From IMG/VR virus record IMGVR_UViG_3300042013_000103: a DNA stretch of 64,000 nt; one strand, written 5' to 3'. The position numbers were made by a program, and so were the translations under genes. The notes beneath the pieces are model-generated. The model saw only the letters and a program-made list of their open reading frames with translations, had not been told where the DNA came from and searched no databases. Origin of the DNA: a virus (Duplodnaviria > Caudoviricetes). Positions 47,278 to 55,931 of this stretch are shown in pieces. How positions within the stretch are numbered: position 1 is the stretch's first letter; each line of letters starts with the position of its first letter.

Positions 47278-47583
47278 TTATGCCCGGCGGAACCGACGAG
47301 GGGACAGCGGGAGACTGGGTTCTCGTTGCTTGCGTAAACGCTTGGTGGTGTAGTCATGGATCCAACAGGCCAGCACAATGCCCAACGCACTGCCACAGCC
47401 CGCCGAGAGGATGATCCACTTGCCGCCAGCCACCGCAATCTGCGCGGACGCCACTTCCACCCCGCCGATGGCGAAACCAATTACCGCCATGGCCAAGTAG
47501 TAACCGGCGTTAATGTTCTTCTGTTGTAACGACTTGAGGAACACCACACTGAAAGTAATGCAAAAGCTTAACGCGAAGATCAT
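47278..47583 (-). CDS. small multi-pass membrane protein
   Basis: FLKSLQQKNI...GGVEV...GCGSALG; three hydrophobic helices. Confidence 0.7.
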   Translation of the reverse strand: MIFALSFCITFSVVFLKSLQQKNINAGYYLAMAVIGFAIGGVEVASAQIAVAGGKWIILSAGCGSALGIVLACWIHDYTTKRLRKQREPSLPLSPRRFRRA

Positions 47584-47587
47584 TGGT

Positions 47588-47734
47588 TTAACCCCTCCAC
47601 AGGGCGATTAGGAGCTTCGTTGAGGTGACTAGAACGACGATCGCAATAAAGCTCACCATTGACCAGCGTTGTAATTGATCGACCCTACGTGCGCGTGTAC
47701 GGCGTTGCATCCGATCCAGTAAAGGATTGTCCAT
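47588..47734 (-). CDS. 48-aa single-pass membrane protein MDNPLLDRMQRRTRARR...
   Basis: Hand-called; AAGGA RBS; basic N-terminus followed by a TM helix. Confidence 0.55.
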   Translation of the reverse strand: MDNPLLDRMQRRTRARRVDQLQRWSMVSFIAIVVLVTSTKLLIALWRG

Positions 47735-47743
47735 ACGTGTCCC

Positions 47744-48163
47744 TTAGGCTGGTTTCATTTGTATGGCCGAGGCCCCGCGTAACAATTGATAACTTTGGGT
47801 CTTCAATTGCTCCAGTTCGTGGCGTTTCAGGTGTACGTACATCTGCATGATGAGGTGATCCACCAAGGAATAGAAGTTACCCTCGGTCCAACGGCACGCC
47901 CGGTCTAAATCTTCATCAGGTTGGGTAAAGGTTGCCATTGCATCGGTGTGGGCACAGATCACGTGGATCACCACCCCTTTCGTGCCGGTGTACTGAACAC
48001 AACCATCGGTGTTCATCACGCCCGTGGCACTGATCACCAACCGTCCGGAAAAGGGCTTTCGTTCGGAAGGCAGTAACGATTGTTTATGCCGCGACGCTAG
48101 GAACCGAAATGTTGCGGTCCTTTGTGTTGCGGAGAGTTGCGAATTAGCCAAAGACAAGCGCAT
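47744..48163 (-). CDS. hypothetical protein
   Basis: TAATG-coupled ORF. Confidence 0.6.
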   Translation of the reverse strand: MRLSLANSQLSATQRTATFRFLASRHKQSLLPSERKPFSGRLVISATGVMNTDGCVQYTGTKGVVIHVICAHTDAMATFTQPDEDLDRACRWTEGNFYSLVDHLIMQMYVHLKRHELEQLKTQSYQLLRGASAIQMKPA

Positions 48164-48369
48164 TAGAGTTTTCCTATTTCAATACTGAGCAATAAACAGC
48201 CCACCCCCAACACGAACAACGTGAGGGGAATGAACCAAGGATAATGGAACATGAGAGCTGCTCCACACAAGAGTAACAGCACAAAGGCGGCCACTCCTAA
48301 ACAAAACGTTAACAGCGTCCACAGTATCAACACCATAAGACGTTTGAAGTGGAACAACACGCTGGTCAT
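48163..48369 (-). CDS. small membrane protein
   Basis: Two long hydrophobic segments. Confidence 0.7.
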   Translation of the reverse strand: MTSVLFHFKRLMVLILWTLLTFCLGVAAFVLLLLCGAALMFHYPWFIPLTLFVLGVGCLLLSIEIGKL

Positions 48370-48396
48370 GTATAAGTACCTGTAAAGGGAAACGCG

Positions 48397-48433
48397 CCAT
48401 AGCGCCCCTGCCGGAAGTAACGGCAGGGGCTAG
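48397..48433 (-). terminator. intrinsic terminator or attenuator
   Basis: GCCCCTGCCG...CGGCAGGGGC 10-bp stem. Confidence 0.7.
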
Positions 48434-48745
48434 GCACATTGCTGTTAAACACTGGTCAGGCTATTCACTCTAGATTCCAGTGCGCCGAACCGACGTCCCC
48501 GGATTTCGGAGTCGAGGGCTATGACTTCCTTCGGTCCGCGTTTGTCCACGCGCAAGTCAGGCATGAGATTCGGAACAGGGACAACTGCTCCACGGAGGTT
48601 AGCTTCCACTATTAACGGCAACGAATAATCCCGAGTCTTCGCGGTTAACAGTCATTTAGGGGGAGTCAAAAGGGCACCAGCTATCGCCGACGGGTAAGCA
48701 GCTGGGAGATAGTCCCTTTCAACTCCACGATCGTAAAACTCCTAT
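48434..48745 (-). ncRNA. putative ~310-350-nt structured RNA or leader
   Basis: 13-bp GGAGTTGAAAGGG/CCCTTTTGACTCC stem (tandem G-U only on minus strand), 7-bp stem closing a 210-nt multi-hairpin domain; no ORF of 60 aa or more called on this strand. Confidence 0.5.
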
Positions 48746-48756
48746 AGTATTACACT

Positions 48757-49542
48757 CTAGGTATTCTCTTCCCGTAAGCGCATGCCCCCTACGATGGCAG
48801 ACGTCCCCGTGTTGCCTTCGGCCCGGTGGTAAGCGGTTTTGATGAGGTAGTCCAGTTGCTCCAACCGCAGCGTGAGCTGGTCCTGTGGTGACGTGGTCCA
48901 GGAAACATCGGTTGGGATCGCCACACGGAAATTGTCCGCGGTGTACGTGGACACAAAGCGGATGAATTCAATTGGGTGATGTGGGTCAGTTTCCAGTTGC
49001 ATGTGGTAGCGCAGTGCGTCCACCCTGACCGCAAAGGTGGTGTGGTCCTCGGGGTCAAACCAGTTGTTGGGTATGCCTGCCTGGATGAAGGCTTCTTTGG
49101 CCAGTTGATGGACCCCCTTAAACAGAACAAACCCACTTAGGACTAGGCGAGTGTACGGGATGATCACCGGTTTGGCTTTGAGCGGACCATGGTCCAAGGG
49201 GCGCGGGGGCACTGGGCGTTTCAGGGCCAACTTGCGCTGGACGATGTGGTCCAATAAACCTTCCAGAATGACCACGTCAATTGCCCGGTGGATCTTGACC
49301 ATGTCCGGGGCTTCGCCGCGCACGTCCAGGTCTACGGGCAGGGGAATGTACGCGACTACGTTGGTGAGGCTGCACCGCACTTCCACTTGGGGCCACGATT
49401 GCACGGTGTCAATGGACCATGTTCGGACGCCAGAGAACACCCCTTGGCGGTTGTTATTGGTGAGTTCCGCTCGGGCCACCAAACTGAGGAACAGTTCGCG
49501 TTCCTCCACGGACACCCCGAGTTGAGTTGGATCGATGATCAT
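48757..49542 (-). CDS. hypothetical protein (N-terminal domain paralogous to 49539-49970)
   Basis: QLGVSVEERELFLSLVAR. Confidence 0.7.
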   Translation of the reverse strand: MIIDPTQLGVSVEERELFLSLVARAELTNNNRQGVFSGVRTWSIDTVQSWPQVEVRCSLTNVVAYIPLPVDLDVRGEAPDMVKIHRAIDVVILEGLLDHIVQRKLALKRPVPPRPLDHGPLKAKPVIIPYTRLVLSGFVLFKGVHQLAKEAFIQAGIPNNWFDPEDHTTFAVRVDALRYHMQLETDPHHPIEFIRFVSTYTADNFRVAIPTDVSWTTSPQDQLTLRLEQLDYLIKTAYHRAEGNTGTSAIVGGMRLREENT

Positions 49543-49970
49543 TGGGTAATCCCCTTACGCCAGTCTTTGTGGATGGTGCGTTTGTCCAAACGTTCAACGA
49601 TAACCCGGTAATGGTGCAACAACACGCGTTTGATCACCCCTTGGACGTCATCGTACACCAACGCGGCCAGATCCCCTTCGTAACGGTCCAGTGCTTTGAT
49701 GCCCAGGTGCTCGTCCGGTCGGGGCAGGACCTTGATGTTCACATGACGGCCATTGCAATGGATGTTCAACCAACGGTCGTAGCCGTCGATGACGTGCACG
49801 ATACTCAGATCACAGCCGATGGTCGCCTCGTCGCATTCCCGGGGATCGGACCACATGCTGGGTTTCCCTTCAGCACACACCACGTTGGGTTCTGGCATCC
49901 GCTGGGCGAGGTTCAGGAACAACAGCAGTTCGGTTTTGGTGTAATTCAGTTGGGCGGCACGGAGTTCCAT
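49539..49970 (-). CDS. hypothetical protein
   Basis: QLNYTKTELLLFLNLAQR. Confidence 0.7.
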   Translation of the reverse strand: MELRAAQLNYTKTELLLFLNLAQRMPEPNVVCAEGKPSMWSDPRECDEATIGCDLSIVHVIDGYDRWLNIHCNGRHVNIKVLPRPDEHLGIKALDRYEGDLAALVYDDVQGVIKRVLLHHYRVIVERLDKRTIHKDWRKGITQ

Positions 49971-50000
49971 TGTAAGTGTTCCTATTGGTAAAAGACGGTA

Positions 50001-50032
50001 TAAAGCCTATCCTTTTAACGGGATAGGCTTTT
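50001..50032. terminator. intrinsic terminator
   Basis: AAAGCCTATCC...GGATAGGCTTT. Confidence 0.7.
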
Positions 50033-50459
50033 AGACAATGATGGCACGTGGGGCTAACGGCACCCGCATCCAATCCAAGGTCAACGGCACGATGAGGTTA
50101 TCGCTTCGGGACTTGAACTTGCACACGGTGTTGTCGTCGTAGTGGTTGATCTGGTTGCAATAACCCTCCACGGCGTCCTCGTACTGTTTCATCAGCAACG
50201 TGATGGCCTGGTCCCGTTCATGGTACGGCGAGAGCTCGCCTTCCTTTAAGGGGGCCTTGTGGACCTTATCCCACAGGATCACCATCAACAAGTCCGGCCA
50301 GTCCGAGTGTTCCCGGTGGTAGTTGAACTGGTCGATGGCAAACAAGCGGTGGGTTTCCGTCACGTGAGCCATGATCAACTCAGGGGACTCACGGGTTAAG
50401 CCGTAGAACTGCCAACCACCGAGGAACGTCAGGTCAACAACGATCAGTTGAGAAGACAT
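50031..50459 (-). CDS. hypothetical protein (start MSSQLI)
   Basis: ORF track, start adjusted. Confidence 0.65.
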   Translation of the reverse strand: MSSQLIVVDLTFLGGWQFYGLTRESPELIMAHVTETHRLFAIDQFNYHREHSDWPDLLMVILWDKVHKAPLKEGELSPYHERDQAITLLMKQYEDAVEGYCNQINHYDDNTVCKFKSRSDNLIVPLTLDWMRVPLAPRAIIV

Positions 50460-51157
50460 GGTGCGTCGCCGGCGGGCAGGCACTTGTTCACTTCGTCGCT
50501 ACGGTTCTTGTTACGGTTGCGTTCCACCACTTCCAGCACCGACACGTGGATGGTTGCATCGGCTTCGGTTGGGGCCACGTCCGCAAACATTTCCGGGAAC
50601 GCATCCCGCAGTGCTGCTTCGGTGATTTCGATCGCGTCGGCGTCGGAGATGTAGTTGGTCAGGATCACCCCGCGGTGGTACAGGAAACCGAACAGCTCGG
50701 TGTCGCGCACATTGACCTGGACTTTGAAGCCGCCGTAGGTCAGGGTGTTCGGGTTGATCTCGGTGCGGAACACGTCGAACTGGATGTTGTTCGGCAGGTA
50801 CATCTGCATGAACTCGTTCACGCCTCCGCCGAAGATGGTAGGACGCTTACGGCCCACGACGATGTCGCGGATCGAATCCATCAGGCGCGACAGGTCGGTG
50901 GTGAATTCCAGGATGTCGCACATGCGGTGCATGGCTTCGATCAGGCGGTCACGCACCTGTTTGGTTTCATCCGGGGTCCACGGACGGGACTGGAAGGTGA
51001 TCAGGCTCACCCCGAACCAAGCAAAGCCGTTGTTGTGCTGGGCTTTGACGCAGAGGTGCGGCACGTTGTCCCGACCGGCTTGGGTGTTGACGGTGTAGTC
51101 CGTGATTCTTTTGATCACGAAGGAGGCAAAGGGAAATTGTACGATCTGAGTAGACAT
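50444..51157 (-). CDS. hypothetical protein, strongly codon-optimised
   Basis: 237 aa; nearly all C/G third positions. Confidence 0.75.
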   Translation of the reverse strand: MSTQIVQFPFASFVIKRITDYTVNTQAGRDNVPHLCVKAQHNNGFAWFGVSLITFQSRPWTPDETKQVRDRLIEAMHRMCDILEFTTDLSRLMDSIRDIVVGRKRPTIFGGGVNEFMQMYLPNNIQFDVFRTEINPNTLTYGGFKVQVNVRDTELFGFLYHRGVILTNYISDADAIEITEAALRDAFPEMFADVAPTEADATIHVSVLEVVERNRNKNRSDEVNKCLPAGDAPCLLN

Positions 51158-51235
51158 GGGATATTCCTATTTTTAAAATTGATGAACATACTGTTGTGGG
51201 GTAGTGGGTGTAATAGATAACCCACCCCAGTAACT

Positions 51236-51898
51236 TTAAGCCGAACGGTTCAAACAGAACATTGCCCCATGAAGGTCGATGTGCTCACGAAATTTGAAGT
51301 CCAGGTCTTCTTTGTTGTCGAAGGTGCCCACCACCGTAGCAGTGAACCCTTGCTGGCGCAACACGTCCCCGGCGTAGCGAGACACGAACTCATCCAGCTT
51401 GATGTTGGCCGAGGTGCCGCTGGAGGATTTGTAATTGTTCAGCAGGTACATGAACCGCGACAAGCCACGGAACTGGTGATCGCCTTCGACCCGTGAGGAG
51501 GTCAAGAAGTAATAACCGGTGGTGTCGTGGGTAAAACGGAACAGTTGCCCGGTCCATTCTTTGTTCTTTTCTTTACGGGTCAGCAGTACATCCAGGCTGT
51601 CCAACTCTGCGCGCAAATAATCGTACTGTTCTTCGGTCATCTTGGTGGAGATGAACATCGACAGCTTATGCCCTTTGGCCACATACTCCGCCACGGTGTG
51701 CGAAACGGCGCTCGCATTCTGGTGATGGTACTGCTTGTGCAAATTGGCCAACGCTTTGGACTCACCCAACCACACTTTACCGTTGTCCAGCAAATAGGCA
51801 AAATACCCTTTGTTGGATTTCGGTGGTGTTTGGGTGGTGCTGTAGTCGGCCAGGTTACGGACGATCAGCGAGCGGATTTGTTTGTAGAGTGCGGACAT
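51236..51898 (-). CDS. protein with two degenerate GIY-YIG-like domains
   Basis: KGYFAYLLDNGKVWLGES and GQLFRFTHDTTGYYFLTSS...CLNR. Confidence 0.5.
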   Translation of the reverse strand: MSALYKQIRSLIVRNLADYSTTQTPPKSNKGYFAYLLDNGKVWLGESKALANLHKQYHHQNASAVSHTVAEYVAKGHKLSMFISTKMTEEQYDYLRAELDSLDVLLTRKEKNKEWTGQLFRFTHDTTGYYFLTSSRVEGDHQFRGLSRFMYLLNNYKSSSGTSANIKLDEFVSRYAGDVLRQQGFTATVVGTFDNKEDLDFKFREHIDLHGAMFCLNRSA

Positions 51899-51967
51899 TG
51901 TAATACCCCTATTGACTTACTTTTCTAGTTATACCCTCCCAGAGAATACCGGGAGGGCTGTGGCAGT

Positions 51968-53569
51968 TTACATGACGGAGATGACGTGAGGCTCAGGGAA
52001 GGTGCGGTAGTACACACGGGCATCGGTGTTAGCCTGCCGTGCTATTGTGAGTTGGGTAACGTCGGTGTACCCGTACTGGCCCCAGAACTGATCGGTCGCC
52101 GTGGCATAGCCTTCCAGGTTAAGCGTCTTGCGTTCCACCGCGAACCGTTTCTCGTTCAATTTTCCCAATGAACAATACTGGTAGTCCTGGGTCCAGTCAC
52201 CTTTCTGCTCTTTCAACTGCTTGATTGCGTACGCCGGAGCTTGGGACGTTACCAGAAAATGCTGAATCACGGCACGGGCCGAATCCAACAACACGTCCAG
52301 GTGCACCGCTTCGTCTTGAACCTGCTGGTGTTTCAGCGTTGCCGCCCGAGCACCCAGATCCCCCAACGTGCCGAACATATCCTCCTGCGCACGCAGTTTC
52401 AACAGTTGAATCTCGTTGGCCGTGTGTTTGTCCCCCGTGAACTGCGAGTACCAGTACGGCAACTCCCCTTTCGGCGAGGTGATGTAAATCAACAACGAGA
52501 ACAAGCGTTGTTCGCCGGAATTACCGTTGACGGTGGCCACGCAGATCGCTTTCAGCATGCAGTTCAGTTCTGACTTGGACGCCCCCAGTCGATCACAGAG
52601 TTCATCAAAGGTAATGTCCGAGTTGTCCAGCATCAGCCCGGTCAGGATCTTGGCCAGGTTCCGCATGTAAGCCTGAAACTTGCCCGACTCGGCCATCCCC
52701 ACGGCATCCGCCTCAACAGCTCGATTGTACGACTCCATCAACGCAATATCCTTAATGGACATGGTCTGTTTGGAATTTACTTCCGATTCCCCTTGGCTCC
52801 GGTCTGGCATTTGTCGAACCGGTGGGTCCGTACGGTCCGCCGTAGGACCAAAGTCTTTGGGGGTCAGGGTAAGGCGCCCAATCTTGATGGCGGTGTTGTT
52901 CACGTTAGTGCCGATGCAGTCGCCCTGTGGGGTCTCCACGTTGTCCAACAACACGTCTGCAAAAGCGCTGTTTATTTCGCTGATCGTAAGCTGCCCAGCT
53001 TCCGCGCAGTAGGCCGGTTCCGGTCTGGCGGCGTTCGTGCGGGCCAAGCCTTCCCGGACCATATCACCCAAGGACTTCGCATCGCCTTGCGGTTTAGCGT
53101 TGTCGATAGCGGTGGGGATAAAGACCAACTGATCGGCCGGTGGCTTGAGCTGGTGCCCTTCGGACAGCGGCGTTACCGGGGCCGCGACTTTGGGTTCTGG
53201 ACGCACGGGTTTCGGGGCAAACACCAAGCGAATCATCGCCAGTTTATTCCCCAGGTCTTTCATGATCATGGAGTTGACGTTCGGGGATTCGTTACGGACC
53301 CAGCTTGGTTGCAGGGCTTTCGGTTCACAGCAGACCAAAGTCAGTGCCCGCAGGTCAGCACGGGACATGTGCAACATGGCCATCGCCATGGTCAGTTCCG
53401 CTTCCGGCGTGTGGTTGTGGTACACGCTGTTTAAGCCGATCCCGACAGTCAACGCATTCGGGCAGACGTGACGCATCTCGTGACTGAGTTCGACCAGCGA
53501 ACAGGTTTTCCCGTTTTTCACGTGGTCCAACAGCACGGTGAACATTTTGGCAAATTGTTTCGGGTTCAT
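51968..53569 (-). CDS. multidomain hypothetical protein with HTH-like segments
   Basis: DITFDELCDRLGASKSELNCML resembles the 9147/9548 HTH family; Pro-rich linker. Confidence 0.65.
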   Translation of the reverse strand: MNPKQFAKMFTVLLDHVKNGKTCSLVELSHEMRHVCPNALTVGIGLNSVYHNHTPEAELTMAMAMLHMSRADLRALTLVCCEPKALQPSWVRNESPNVNSMIMKDLGNKLAMIRLVFAPKPVRPEPKVAAPVTPLSEGHQLKPPADQLVFIPTAIDNAKPQGDAKSLGDMVREGLARTNAARPEPAYCAEAGQLTISEINSAFADVLLDNVETPQGDCIGTNVNNTAIKIGRLTLTPKDFGPTADRTDPPVRQMPDRSQGESEVNSKQTMSIKDIALMESYNRAVEADAVGMAESGKFQAYMRNLAKILTGLMLDNSDITFDELCDRLGASKSELNCMLKAICVATVNGNSGEQRLFSLLIYITSPKGELPYWYSQFTGDKHTANEIQLLKLRAQEDMFGTLGDLGARAATLKHQQVQDEAVHLDVLLDSARAVIQHFLVTSQAPAYAIKQLKEQKGDWTQDYQYCSLGKLNEKRFAVERKTLNLEGYATATDQFWGQYGYTDVTQLTIARQANTDARVYYRTFPEPHVISVM

Positions 53570-53674
53570 GTAGAGCTTCCTTGAGTCCGGTTCGGACGTT
53601 GTGTTGCTACGTTAGCGGTTCGCTAACTGGGTTGGTAGCCACCGGTTTGATGGACTACAGGGTTGGACACTGGA

Positions 53675-53684
53675 GTAATATAGT
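53675..53684 (-). promoter_or_regulatory. early promoter motif ACTATATTAC
   Basis: Plus-strand GTAATATAGT ~105 nt upstream of 53569. Confidence 0.7.
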
Positions 53685-53703
53685 TCCGAGATCTGGTTAA
53701 ATA

Positions 53704-54366
53704 TTACCCTGCGCTGGCTTTCGGTTTTGCAGTCAAATCCAACCGACGGTACAGCTTGTCGTGGATCTTGTCGATTTGACGTTGGGTCAAGCAGTTGTTT
53801 TTGTGGATCTTGTGGGTCACCGAGTCGTAGTAATCGAAATTGATCGAGCTGCTTTTGTCCCGGCTGGCGGCAAACACAAAGGCTTCCAAGGCGTTCCCGA
53901 AGATCCCGGGGTGCAGTGACTGCAACTGCCGGGCATAAAAGTCCCCTGAGCCGTCGACGTAAACAAAACGTTCATCCGTCGGGGTGTAGACTGCGAACGT
54001 TTGTTTCGTGTCGTCGTTGATCCAGAAGGGTTCGTTGGGACCCATAAAACCGATGATGCCCAATGAACCCATGTTGTGTTGCAGTACGTTCACCGCGGCG
54101 GCCCACGTGACGAAGTGCAACGCTTTGGCACAAGCTTTGAACTTTTCAATGCTGTCCAGGTTTCCACAGAATGCGGCTGCCATCACCGGACTCTTGGAAT
54201 CTAAGGTCCATTTCTCTTCGGGCGCTGGAATCACGAGTTTGGTCGCTGCCCCACTTCGGTGTATGCGGTCGCGGACCGCGTCCGGGTCGTCGAGGGTGCA
54301 GCTGAGGTCATGGTTCACTAACCGATCCGCCACCATGAACCGTTTGTCAAGTACGATTGTGGTCAT
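53704..54366 (-). CDS. Ntn-hydrolase/proteasome-beta (HslV-like) family protein
   Basis: Starts M-T-T-I-V, AD, K, AFCG, GSG..A, A.EA...A...D..S pattern. Confidence 0.6.
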   Translation of the reverse strand: MTTIVLDKRFMVADRLVNHDLSCTLDDPDAVRDRIHRSGAATKLVIPAPEEKWTLDSKSPVMAAAFCGNLDSIEKFKACAKALHFVTWAAAVNVLQHNMGSLGIIGFMGPNEPFWINDDTKQTFAVYTPTDERFVYVDGSGDFYARQLQSLHPGIFGNALEAFVFAASRDKSSSINFDYYDSVTHKIHKNNCLTQRQIDKIHDKLYRRLDLTAKPKASAG

Positions 54367-54384
54367 TGTAAGTGTTCCTATTGG

Positions 54385-54693
54385 TTACTGTGTTTTAATG
54401 GTCTTTGCCAACAAGGTGGCGTTCGCAGTGCCACGACCAACCCACGTTTCGATGTGCACCTGTGTGGGTTCCCCAGCGACCCGGTTAAAAGCCTCCTCCG
54501 CCACGAGGGAGTAGTACGGTTCCAAGTCCTCCAGAGAATTAAAGCGCTTGCAGTATTCCGGGGCCGAATGCAATCGAACGTCACCGGGGACCCTCCAATT
54601 TGACCAACTGGCCAGGTAATACACAAACCCCCGTACCCACACACTCAAGGTGTATTGTTCGTTTTCAGATACCATCATATTCAATTGTTCCAT
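54385..54693 (-). CDS. hypothetical protein
   Basis: ORF track. Confidence 0.65.
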   Translation of the reverse strand: MEQLNMMVSENEQYTLSVWVRGFVYYLASWSNWRVPGDVRLHSAPEYCKRFNSLEDLEPYYSLVAEEAFNRVAGEPTQVHIETWVGRGTANATLLAKTIKTQ

Positions 54694-54699
54694 GCCCGA

Positions 54700-55200
54700 T
54701 CAACGGAAGGTGTGGGTTAGCCATGCGCGAAGACGCTCCATGAAGGGAAGGGGTGGAACGACGGGAGTAAGATCGGGGGCTAACACGTAAGGCCGTTCCG
54801 GATGAAAGTAGTGGCGGTACGTGGTGATCTTGTCTGGGTGGAACGTATAACGAGCCCCCAACAACAGCGCTTTACGGGGTAACCAAAACAGCGTGTTGTT
54901 GTAATGGAAGTCAGGGACGTATTCATCAAAACTGACGAAGACGTGGTGGATCAAGTGCCGGGTCCGGGTATGCCGAATGGTCATCGTCGTGCCGCTCAAC
55001 CGAAGCTGGAGAGCACGGCGAATCGTTCCGTGTTGTTTAAACTCTCCGGTGTCAATCACCCGAGCGTGCTGCAACGTTTGCCGGTAGGTCTTGATCAGGA
55101 ACGCCGCTTGGTATTCGTTCAGGGCATAAATGAACGTGTACCGATTGCCCATGCAGTTCGTCAATAGGTCAGCGTAGAGGTCGTTCTGCTCCGAGTCCAT
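54700..55200 (-). CDS. hypothetical protein
   Basis: ORF track. Confidence 0.7.
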   Translation of the reverse strand: MDSEQNDLYADLLTNCMGNRYTFIYALNEYQAAFLIKTYRQTLQHARVIDTGEFKQHGTIRRALQLRLSGTTMTIRHTRTRHLIHHVFVSFDEYVPDFHYNNTLFWLPRKALLLGARYTFHPDKITTYRHYFHPERPYVLAPDLTPVVPPLPFMERLRAWLTHTFR

Positions 55201-55202
55201 GA

Positions 55203-55901
55203 TTACACCTTTTTGTGGATGCGGTTACCGAAAGCGATCACATCTTGCGTGCACAGGGTCGGCTCCGAATGGTGCACGGTGACCTTAGCGAACAAACCGT
55301 TGTTGCCTTCGTAGACGTACTCCGCTTTCAGCGAACGGTCCCACGCCGATTTGTCATGACGAACCCAGCTCATGATCGGGTGACGGTCGTTGAAATGTTG
55401 GTTGAGTTCCTTCAGCATCGCCCGGTGGTTCTGCTGGTCGAACGCGTCCAACGGAATCACGGTGTCCACGAACGGCGGGGCTTTCGGACAGCTTTCACTC
55501 AACGACAGATGAATCCCCGTGCAGATGAACTCCACGGTGCCGAAGGTTTCAGTGATAGCGAGGTTGGCTTTATTCAAGTGCCAGTTCAGATCACCAATCC
55601 GTGGGATCAGCGAAGACAGGTTGAAGATCGCGGCAAAGTTGAACATGTCCTTGGCGTAGCGGGTGGCTTGGTCGCGACTCAGGTTATTCGGCATGCTCAA
55701 GCACATGGCTTCCGCACCGACGCCTGCAATGACCAAATTACTTTGTTCGTCTACTTGACGAACCCACAACGACACCGCCCCCCACAACGATGGGTCGGTG
55801 GGGATTTCGATCCCGCCCACTTCCAACAAGTAATGTGCGTAACGGATGTCGGTTTCGGGTGCGTTGCCTGTGATCAGTTCCCACGAAGTAGTCTGTGACA
55901 T
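55203..55901 (-). CDS. hypothetical protein
   Basis: ORF track; AGGA RBS. Confidence 0.7.
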   Translation of the reverse strand: MSQTTSWELITGNAPETDIRYAHYLLEVGGIEIPTDPSLWGAVSLWVRQVDEQSNLVIAGVGAEAMCLSMPNNLSRDQATRYAKDMFNFAAIFNLSSLIPRIGDLNWHLNKANLAITETFGTVEFICTGIHLSLSESCPKAPPFVDTVIPLDAFDQQNHRAMLKELNQHFNDRHPIMSWVRHDKSAWDRSLKAEYVYEGNNGLFAKVTVHHSEPTLCTQDVIAFGNRIHKKV

Positions 55902-55931
55902 TATAATGTTCCTATTGGGTGCAGGGTAAGG

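Noticed and set aside
48434-48745. tmRNA
   Set aside because: No GGGG 5' acceptor, no T-arm/CCA end, and no stop-terminated ANDENYALAA-like tag (AKTRDYSLPL reads through).
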